From the NCBI GenBank assembly GCA_046563655.1, contig CM102288.1, positions 5,518,001-5,582,000 of the forward strand: DNA of 64,000 nt, written 5' to 3'. A model generated the notes under the pieces. It ran no database searches, was not told where the DNA came from, and was given only the letters and a program-made list of their open reading frames with translations. Positions within the stretch are counted from its first letter, which is position 1, and each line of letters begins with the position of its first letter. This document shows positions 12,674-23,500 of this stretch, piece by piece. The stretch is from Yuukianura sp. NJ FZ-2021. Lineage: Eukaryota. The position numbers were made by a program, and so were the translations under genes.

Positions 12674-15289
12674 TTATCCACGATCTTCCAAAATCATTGC
12701 TGCTGCCTTCTCGGCGATCATAATTATTGGGGCCATTGCATTACCTAGAAAAGTCAATTCTTTTATGCGATTTTTCATAAAATTTCAACTTTCAAAATTT
12801 AATTAATATTTTCCAGGAAATGAAAACTCGAAAGATATTTTTTGTTTTTTTCGAAAACGTTACCTGTAGGAATCGACGGCATGATTGAAGCATCCCCCAC
12901 TCGGAGTCCTTTGATTTGACCTCGAACTCTTAGGCGTGTGTCAACCACTGCTGTATTGTCGTCAGATGACCCCATTTTGCATGTTCCGCAAGCATGGAGC
13001 TCACTTCCTGACAACCATTTGATTTTGCATGCAATGTATTCGTCTGATTGGTCACTGGGATCCGTTGCATTGAAAAACTGGGCACACCCTGCCAACGGAG
13101 TCTCAAATGCTTTGGCGCCAATTTTTTGAAATGCCTCCGTTTTGCCCAATTTCATAGCAATTTTATGTCCTGCAACAAGTCTCTTCAGATCTTCTGGCTG
13201 CGTTAGATAAGCCGGGTCAACCAGCGGAGGGTCAGTATAGTTGGTTGACCTCAATTTGACCTGACCTCTGCTTCGGACATAATTCAGACACATGATGATG
13301 TTCAGTGTTGGTTGACTTCCGTATTGTCCATAGTAGTCATTTGTTTCCTGATTCCCTAAAGGTCCCGTTCCTATTCCGTCGACACCTACAGGCAAAGCGG
13401 ATGGCTCAATCATGATATCGGCTGGACCGAAAGTGGCGCCATCCGTGGGAACATCAGTTTGAATCTGGATTGCGCCTGCCTGGTGAAAGTAGAACTGAGA
13501 CGCCAGTGGGCCAGTTCCATTGGAGTAAAATGCTTCCAAGTTTTCAGTGTTCAACAAATTCTGCCAGTCCGAAAAAACAGTAGTGTTGACCACAAAGTCA
13601 ACACCGCCGACTCTCGTGTGATCGTGAAAGTTGTGTCCAACGGGGAGGTCAGCTACAACAGGAATTCCTAAACTTTCCAAATCCTCTTTCGGACCGACTC
13701 CGGACAAAAGCAGAAGTTGGGCCGAAGCGATTGCTCCGGCTGAAACGATGATCTCTCCGCCCGAATTGACCTTGGCCACATACGTGAGACTGTTGTTGTA
13801 GCGAAACTGGACAGCAACGGCCCGCTTATTTTGAAAAATGATTTTGGTTGCTAAGGCACCCGTGATGATGGACAGGTTGTCCCTGTCCACAAGTGGACCG
13901 AGGTATGCCCTGGCAGTGGACAGTCGTCTGCCATCTCTCATGGTCCGCTGAATCCTGGTTGAGCCAATTTGATTTGGTCCATTGATGTCAGTCTCTGGAT
14001 ATCCGAGTTCTGCCGCTCCTTAAATAAAAGCAAGGTTCGTAAACAACAAAAAAAATTCTAAACCAGGTTATCTAGTAACTCGAAGTTTTAAACTTTGTTT
14101 GAAAGTAGAAAATCTGCCTTTCTATAGTATTTTTTTTTAATGTAAATGGGATTGGTGGTAAATTGGTGCTAAAAGTTATTTGAAGTAAGATTTTTGAAAA
14201 CCCTGAGTTATTGGACAAACTGTTGTAGGAAAAACAATTCGGTTGTCGAGGAACCTTGAATGAAAGTGTCGGACAGAAGCCGGTATGTGGCAGTAGCTTG
14301 GTCAATGTCTGGAGTGGAAATTGTCATTGGTCCATCCGTTCCGTGGTAAGTCGTGTCCAGTTTCAAAACCGGATCTGTTTCATTTTCTAATTTTTTGAAA
14401 AATGGCAACACGTCTGCGTACGACCACCCTTCGGCACCGTAGTCCACAACCCACCCGTCGTAGTCTTTTGCCCCACCTCGATTGTACATCATCCCATTCA
14501 CTGTGGTGCCACCTAAGAAGTGGAGAACACAGTTTGCATAAAAATGGCAACAAACTTAGTGCATTTTTTTCTCAAAATTCCGAAAAAATTAGACCTTGAA
14601 CGATTATGCCCGAGAAATTTCGAATTCAGGGCCTAATTTTCTACAGTTGAAAATTTTCATGGACTCATCAACTTCATAAAGAAATACGAATTTCTCTTAG
14701 AATAGAAGCGAAATCTCTTTAAAAAAAGTATCACGGAATTTAATATGATTCATATTTTCACAAAATATACCTCCGAGAGCTCTTCCAATGAAGATGGCGA
14801 CTTGGTTGTTGGTGAATGCAAAAGCAGCATTTTGTTGAGGTACTGTCAAGTACTGGTCGAATTGTGTCGTAGGTGGAGCCCAGTTGAGATAATCCATCGC
14901 TGGAATGTCATTGGACACAGTTTCTACATCGCCTTTTTCAAGGACAAGAACGCGCAAACTCGGGTTTTCAGAAAGACGTCCAGCTATGACACACCCAGCA
15001 TTTCCTGGATTTAAAATAGAATTTTACTTGAATATAATAAAAGCAACTTAAATTGTATGACATGTGTGTAAATGGGATACAAAATTTCAATTATTAATAA
15101 ATCAGTTAGTGCAAATATCGATTTCTTGTTAATTTTTTTACCTCCTCCGATGACAATGTAGTCGAATGGTTCCCGGAGTGTTTTTGGCAGTTTGTGGGTC
15201 AATGCTTTGTGCTCTTTGGTTTCTTTCAAAACACCAATGGAAATGGCCAGCAGCGCTGCTGTCAAAAGTGCTCCAGTGTTAACTACCAT
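12674..15289 (-). CDS. GMC (glucose-methanol-choline) oxidoreductase, glucose dehydrogenase-like, with N-terminal signal/anchor; 5 exons
   Basis: FAD-binding FDYIVIGGGNAGCVIAGRLSE; GRALGGTTVNGMMYNRG; SAGAIASAQLLLLSGVGP; DLPVGHNFHDH; HACGTCKMG; VVDTRLRV..IKGLRVGDASIMP; C-terminal IMIAEKAA. Confidence 0.93.
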
Positions 15290-15886
15290 TTTTAAAATTT
15301 GTTTGCAGGATTGTGCTACCCCACAATACTAAAAAGGAACTGAAAAGCTATTTGAAGCTAATTGCAAACTTATAAATACTTTTTCTCATTTCTACATCTC
15401 ACAGTTAAACTTCCTGTTATTAATCATCAATTAGTACTTATGTATTTTAAAATGATCTTGATCTTAGATTGGAACTTTTCACTTTCAAAATTGTTTTGCA
15501 ATGCCAATGTATTGAATTTTGCGTATTCAGCATTCAGCAGCACTTTGGATCACATTGTATCCGCCTTAAATATTTAAGTGCTTTCGCGAAACAAGAAATA
15601 GAATAAACTTCTAAAAGCTAAACAATCCTTATTAGGAATATTTAGCTTTGTGCTAACGTAGAATAATAGAAACATTGTGCTAACTTAGAATACAGGTAAA
15701 TCTTTGGCAATTCAAACATGTCGAAAAGTTAGATTACAGTTGAATTTTTGTTTTTAGTTGCTGTTTAAAATTTTCTTCGAAAATATTTATAGGAAATTAA
15801 TAATCAAGTTATTCCAGCCAATGTAAGAATTTACTCTGAGTGAGCAAATTTTGTTTCCTGCAATTTCTTGTGCATCCAGGGTTGGC

Positions 15887-16244
15887 TTAAGCCGGTTTCA
15901 CACACGAAGTTCCACCGCAACCTTTAGGACAGCACATCAACCCTTTACCACATCCACTTTTTTTGCAATCCGTGAATTCGCAGGTTGAAGTCGCTCCTTT
16001 CTTTGGTGTTGGGCATTTGCCTGTCGGTTTATGTTCTGAATCAACATGCACACAAATGTGTCAAATTATCAAATTAGAACATTACAAAAAGACATTTGAA
16101 AATACTGACAATATAAAATTTGTTTAAGAAAAAAATTTTGGTGGTAATTGAGTGGTTACTTGAAGGAGCAGTAACTGCACACGAGTTTTCCACGAGTAGA
16201 AAAACGAGTCCAACGCAAATAGTAGCAAAAAGTAAACGGTTCAT
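15887..16244 (-). CDS. Secreted single-WAP-domain peptide (cationic); 2 exons
   Basis: [77 protein letters not shown]; paralogous to the genes at 2026 and 12129. Confidence 0.8.
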
Positions 16245-17509
16245 TGTTGTAATTTTGAAAATTCTCGCTTTCAAAATTCAAGTTTTTTTAGTGTTTGACA
16301 CAAATGTTTTTCGTACCTGCCAGTAAAAGTACTGGAGATCGGAAATGACACAGCGCTAATTATGTATGTACTTCAAGGACTGTCGGAACTTTTACGGTCG
16401 TTTGTCATTGTGTGGCAACAGACGGAGTTTGCTATTAAAACTCCGCTTTTAAAACTTAAATGAGCATAAAGACCAACAAGGCCAAATACATACTGAAATT
16501 TAGTTGAGCTCCAGCGCATTTGAGCAGTTAAATTTTATTTTCCAATTATTTTCTAATTTGCTACCAATTTTATTTTCCAATTATTTTCTAATTTGCTATT
16601 AATCATGGTACGTTCGCCTTAAGGTTGTTGTTAGAACATTCGTGGAAAATTGATTTACAAAAGAATTAAGACAGGTATGAACTAGTTCGAACCTGACTAT
16701 TTTTCTGGGATCGAAGTTTGAACAAAATATTTTTTTCTGGAATCTGAGAATAACGTTTCCAAAATGGTGGAATTCGTACTGGTAGAAGGTTAAGGTTGAC
16801 ATGCCAATTCCTATAGTATACTCATCGCAGCAATTCGCGATGAAACACTAAGGTTGCGTTTTTCAGTTAGAATTCAGAGAATTCACACTTTTAGTGAGAC
16901 ATGGAATACAAGAACGCTAAGGCAGGGTTGAAGTTAACTTTATTAAACATAGTTGTACTTTTGATTTATTGCATTGAAGGATTAGAAAGTGACATTGACC
17001 TCCACGTTTATATTTGGACATTATAAAATAACTGGAAAGGTATCAGATGCGTTTATGGTATTTGAATTTCCCGCCCTCCTGCGTGAAATGTCAAATGTGC
17101 GGAGAGCACAATGCTATGCTAACTGAAGGGTACAACTAGCAGACATACGAGTTACGTCAACCAATTTGAACAAATAGACGAGTTCGACTTTTACTGCGTT
17201 TTTTCTTCCTAATGGAAAGTAACGACTAAAAATATTATTAAAGTTATTTAATTTATTTTATATTCTGTGTTACTTGACAGTAAAGGATAAATAACCTAAT
17301 GGTTCATGTTAGGCATCACCAACTCTCCATATTTTTATGATTCAGATAGTGTCTGACTTTAAAATTATTAAATAAAGTGTGAGGTAAGAAACTAAGCAGT
17401 AGAGAAGTGTGCATAACCTTGCTTTAGTATTTTTTTTAATGCTAATTAAGCACTTGTTCATTAGTAAAAGTTCATTAGTGTAAAGTTTTGTTTCTTTCAT
17501 TTCAGAATC

Positions 17510-20500
17510 ATGACGGATGTTTCTAGCGGCTTGAGAAATGAAATCAAACCAATTAACCCGGAAGTTTCGCACCGAATATGTTCGGGACAGGTAATGCCGC
17601 TAGAGATTTGGACTGACTGTTACTAAAAGCATCATGGTTAATTGCTATTTCATTTTTAGGTTATTGTGACTCTGGCCACCGCCGTTAAGGAACTTGTTGA
17701 GAATAGTTTGGATGCAGGTGCCAAAAGTGTTGAAATCCGATTGGTTGACTCTGGAAGTAAACTTATCCAGGTCGTAGACAATGGAAGCGGTGTTGCTGAA
17801 ACGAATTTCGCTGGCCTTGGTGAGTACGAACAGAACAAATCGTAACCGTGGCAGGAAACCCGTTAGTATAGTCTCAAATTTTGGAAAAAATCACAACTCA
17901 TGCAGTAATTACAAGAGTCCGCTTAAGTCCGATTGTAGATTTGATTTCAGCATCAGCATCCTATTCGGCCACAAGTTTCCCAACGCATTACATAGTAATT
18001 TAAGATGGAAATATGATATCACTATATTTTTTAATGTGTCTTTTATATCTGATAGCTCGGAAGCATTGTACATCTAAACTGAAAGAATTCGAAGACTTGA
18101 ACTCGATTGGTACATTTGGATTTCGTGGAGAAGCTCTGAGTTCGCTCTGTGCTCTATCCAATATGACCGTGACCACGCGGACCAAAGACTACAAACAAGG
18201 ATTTGAAATAGACTATAACCAGCAGGGGGAGATCGTCAAACAGGCGACAGTTGCCAGGCAGCAAGGGACGACCGTCTCTATTCGCAACATCTTCAGTCCA
18301 CTTCCGGTCAGACACAAGGAGTTCCTGAAGCATTTGAAGAGGGAGTTCAATCGCATGGTGACTGTGCTCTACGGGTACTCCATTGTGGCAAAGGGAGTGA
18401 GGCAAGTGACTAACTTTTGGAAAATTCTTGATCCTTTGGCTGCTAAACTATACTTGCTAATTGTGTAATAACGAGTTGGTATTTTCATTTTTTCAGGATA
18501 AGTTGTACGCATGAATGCAACGGAAGCACATCAAACGTCCTCTGCGTCCCAGCATCAGTGTCGACCAAGGAGAGGATCGGAAGTATTTTCGGGACCAATC
18601 AGGTTTGAAACTAATTCAGAATCAAAGCACTGTAGTACTTGCTTGGATTTTAGATATCCTGCTTTACATAAACTTTTTTATGGATGCTCGTCTGTAGTGT
18701 TGTGTATGCTGAATAAGATTTATTCAAGTGGCTGAGTGGCAAGTACACCTAAGAAACTGAGAACCAGAATGAGGGTGAGAGTGTGGCTTTTATACTAAGT
18801 AGGACAAGGAAGAGAACAAGGAAAAGAAGCACAAGGTGAGTTGGTTTGTGAAGGTCCTTACAACAAAGAAACAAGTTGTGAAGGTTGATTGTAATTATTT
18901 CCTAATACATTACACTACCTTCCTCTTTAAGTTTGGAAACTACATAGAAATTGAAAGTACGGAAACATGGTTCCATGTAAAGAAACTGCATTCATGCAAA
19001 AAGCATACGGAAGAATGGTTGTGTCCTGTCAACCTAAACCTTATAAGTTCCAGGAGGTGGTCGTGCTCGTTGTGGATATCTGGGTTCTGCTGGAGCTGGA
19101 GCTTCTGCTGTTACTGGAGCGTCTGCAGCAACCTCTGTCAGTTCCAGTTGATCCGAATTTCCATCTTGGTCATCGTCATCGAAAACTTCTGATTTCGGTT
19201 TTGGAGCGTCCAGGATTTGATCTGCATGTCGCTTCATTTGTTCTCCATCGACATCAATCTGGAAAGTCACTGGCCCCGTCTGACGAAGGATAATTCCGGA
19301 TGACCACTTCGGAGCGTTTTTCGAAAACGTTTTGACCCAGATCCGTTGTCCAACCTGGAATTCTCGAACTTTCGTTTTCTTGTCGTAGTTCGTCTTTTGT
19401 TTGAACTGAGAGTAGCCCACTTTTTCTCGAACATCAGGGCGTACCAAGTCCAGTAAAGTTCGTAACTTTTTCCCTTGTAGCAATTCCGCTGGAGATTGTC
19501 CAGTAGTCGAATGCGGTGTTACCCGGTAGGTAAACAGAAATCTTTGAAGTGCCAAATCTTTATCTTCCCCTGCGGCTTTGAGTGCCTTCTTAAAAGTTTG
19601 GATGAAACGTTCAGCTTCTCCATTTGAACGGGGATGATAAACAGAGCTGGTGGTGTGACGAATGCCATTGGATTCGCAGAAACTCTTAAATTCTTGCGAA
19701 GTAAACTGTGGTCCATTGTCACTTACGATCTGCTGCATTATTCCAAATCTGCAAATTGATTCTCGAATCTTCGAAATCACTGCCAGGCTTTTGGTATTGT
19801 TGTTCATGTTATAAACCTCCGGCCATTTCGAATGAGCATCGGTGATGATCAGCCACATCTTGTTCAAAAATGGTCCAGCCAGATCCACATGAACACGTTG
19901 CCAGGGACGTTCTGGAAACTCCCATGGATGCAGTGGCGAACTGGGTGGATTAGCTCGGTTTTGAACACAGCGTTCACAGCGTTTGCACATCTCTTCGATT
20001 TGGACATCAATGCCAGGCCACCAGACGTATTGTCTTGCAAGCGACTTCATTCTCACTATTCCAGAGTGAGACTCGTGTAGTTCGTCCAAAATCTTTTTCT
20101 GGAGCGAAGTTGGAATTATAACTCGAATTCCCCACAAGATAATGTCTTGAACGATTGTCAGTTCCTCGCGTCTGAGGAAGTACTGGTAAAGTGGATCGAC
20201 CTTAAGCATGCTGGAAGGCCATCCGCTGGAAACATGGTGATAAACAGAGGAGAGTAACTTATCTCGGGAAGTTACGGTTTTGATTGCTCTGGCTGTCACA
20301 GGAAGAATATCCAGAGTAGAAGATGCAACAAGGTTGACCTCCAATTCGACCTCTGACGTGACCTCAGTGTTTGCACCATCGGTGTGAACCGGATGACGTG
20401 AAAGAGCGTCAGCGTTACCATGATCCAGGGTTCTGCGGTATTGTATGGAGTAGTTGAACTGACTCAGAAAAAGGTTCCATTTCTGAAGTCTGGTTGCAGT

Positions 20501-23500
20501 GTAAGATGAAACTTGTGAACTCGGACCCAAAATCGAAAGCAATGGTTGGTGATCCGTGACAACGATAAAGTCTCGTCCACAAAGAAATTGGAAAAATTTC
20601 TTAACTCCAAAAACAATAGCGAGGGCTTCTTTCTCAATCTGTGAGTAGCGCTGCTCAGCTGAAGAAAGAACCTTTGACGCGAAGGCAACCGGGCGTTCAG
20701 AGTTATCTGAGAAGCGATGAAACAGGATCACTCCAAGTCCTTTCGGAGATGCGTCACAGCTAATTCCGATTGGAAGTTCTGCAGAGTGATGACAAAGCAC
20801 TGGAGCGGAGGCGAGTGCTTGTTTGATTTGGTCAAATCCCATTTGACATTGTTTGGTCCAAGTGAATGGGACATCTTTCTTCGTGAGTTCATACAGAACA
20901 GCACATTTGTCCGCCAAAGTGGGTATGAATTTCCCGTAGAAATTTACCAATCCTAGGAAGGATTTTACTTCGGTTACTGTTGTCGGACGTTGGATGGCTT
21001 GTACCGCCTTTACTTTGTTCGGTGACGTCTTCAGTCCATCCTTGGTGATCACAAATCCAATGTAGTCCAACGACTTTTGGAAAAATTGGCATTTGGATTT
21101 CGAAAGTCGGTAGTTGAATTCTCGCATGCGCTGGAAGATCTTCTGTAGGGTCGCCAAGTGCTCAGCATCGGTGAAACCAGTACAGATGGAATCGTCAATG
21201 AATGATCCAGCCATGGGAATGTCCTTCAGAAGTTTGTCCATAAACTCCTGGAAAATTGCTGGAGAGGATGCGATACCCTGGGGCAGGACTTTGTACCGAT
21301 AAAGTCCGCGGTGAGTGTTTATGACCATAAACGACTTGCTTGCCTCGTCCAGTTCAATTTGATGGAAGGCGTCCGGCCCGTCCAGTCTTGAGAACGTATT
21401 TCCTCCAGAGACCGTTGAGAGTAGCTCGTCAACCCGCTGTAGGGGATACTGCGTGATGTGTAACTGCGAATTGACAGTGTGCTTGAAATCACCAGTGATC
21501 CGGACTCTGCCATTTGGTTTGGGTACTACCACGAGAGGTGAGGCCCAATCGGAGTGTTCAATTCGGTGAATGACTCCAGACTTCTCCATTAGATCCAACT
21601 CGGCATCTACTTTGGAACGAAGTGCAAATGGAATAGGGCGAGCTTTCAGAAACTTCGGAACAGCGTCGTCCTTGAGGATAACTTTGGCCTTAAATGCTTT
21701 GATTTGTCCGCACGACGGCGAGAATACGTCCTTGTATTCTTCCAAAAGCGATTCTAAGGTCAACTTCTGCTTGGCAGGAACATAGTTACACTGGGAAGGC
21801 TCCGCGAGTGTCAACTCCAATCCGAAAAGTCGGATTAAATCTCGTCCGAAGAGAGAGTGACTTCCTTTCACGACTGAGAAGGAATGCTTCTTGGACTGAC
21901 CTTTGTAAACCAGGGTTACTTCCAATTTCCCCAAGGGGCGAAATTGTTGAGCAGTAAAGGTCCGAAAAACTGCGTTGCTTCTACGAAGCTGTGGAGCACC
22001 TAGCGTATTTCTCCAGAAATCAGCGCTGAGGAGACTCTCCTTGCACCCGCTGTCGAACTCCATCTTATGAGGGAAGCCATTGATTTGTACTCGAATGTTG
22101 AATTCAGACAAATTACCCGCTCCTTGATAAATGGAATTGACGTTTGATACGGTAGAATCATCATCGACTTCTACGTAATGGGTGGATTTTCTGCTGCTGC
22201 GGCAGAACTTGCGGAAATGTCCCTTTTTCCCACATGCAAAACAGCTTGCGTCTTTGTGAGGACAATCCTTAGGGTTCTTGTGTTGCGTCGAGCCACAATT
22301 TGGACATGAAGATTTTGATTGGTTGCGCACCGGCTGGCTCCTCCCTTGACTCCTCCCTTGGCTCCTCCCACCTTTTGGATTTGGTGCGAATTTGGATGCA
22401 GATCCATTGTTGCGACCGTACTGAGGTGTAGGACGTTGGAAAGGACGTGAAGCAGAGGCATAATTGACCCCACTGGTTGAATTATTTTCTCGAATCGTAG
22501 AAGTACCGGCCTCGGCAACTTCCTGAGAAACAGCGATTTTCAAGGCGTCTTCTAGGGTGAGGGTGTCATCTCTGGTGAAAATTCGACGTTGAGCCGTTTC
22601 ACTCGACAAGCCAAAAATAAACTGATCCCGCAGTCTCTCAGACAGGGTAGTTTCAAATTTGCAATGAACCGCTTGCTTCCGCAATTCAGCCAAAAAGGTG
22701 GTTGCGGATTCTCCAGTTTGCTGTTTGCGAGTGGAGAATTTAAAACGTTCGGCTATAGCTTTTGGCGTTGGCTTGAAATGAGCCTTGAGTGTTGCGACAA
22801 CATCTTCAACTTTTTTCTCAAGCGGCGGTGTTGGAGAAAGTAAATTTGTAAGGAGATTGTACGTACCAATTCCAATTGATGAAAGAAAAATTCCAATGCA
22901 TCTCTTCTGGTCGGTTGCTGAATTATAGTCGAGTCCATTTGCAAGGAGAAAGGATTTGTACACATTTACCCAATCTTCAAAGTCGTCTTTCCCTTGGTCA
23001 AAAGCAGGAAGTGTTCCTATTGTTGACATGGCAGTGGGTGGTGCCAAACGGTGTGACGGTGATGGGCTGTTGGAAGCAATGATGGTTGCGAAAGTGTCGT
23101 AAATGCGATTCAACTGCTCTTCTCGACTAATTTGTCCTTGGAAAAACTCTGCCCAAGTATCAAAAAGATAGTAAGATGCGCTTAGGAACTCGCTAGCGTC
23201 CAGGTCCAGAATGGAAAATAAATAGTTTTACTCTCGTCGCCAAAAATGTTGTGTATGCTGAATAAGATTTATTCAAGTGGCTGAGTGGCAAGTACACCTA
23301 AGAAACTGAGAACCAGAATGAGGGTGAGAGTGTGGCTTTTATACTAAGTAGGACAAGGAAGAGAACAAGGAAAAGAAGCACAAGGTGAGTTGGTTTGTGA
23401 AGGTCCTTACAACAAAGAAACAAGTTGTGAAGGTTGATTGTAATTATTTCCTAATACATTACATGTAGGTTAGTTACCAAGGTCAAACTGGTTTTTTGCT

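Larger units (their letters stand above)
18698..23463 (-). mobile_element. Full-length Ty3/gypsy LTR retrotransposon (Mag-like), 4766 bp, antisense in PMS2 intron 4
   Basis: Two 217-bp TG...CA LTRs (18698-18914, 23247-23463); 5-bp TSD TGTAG (18693-18697, 23464-23468); PBS; PPT; single intact gag-pol ORF with domain order PR-RT-RH-IN. Confidence 0.97.
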
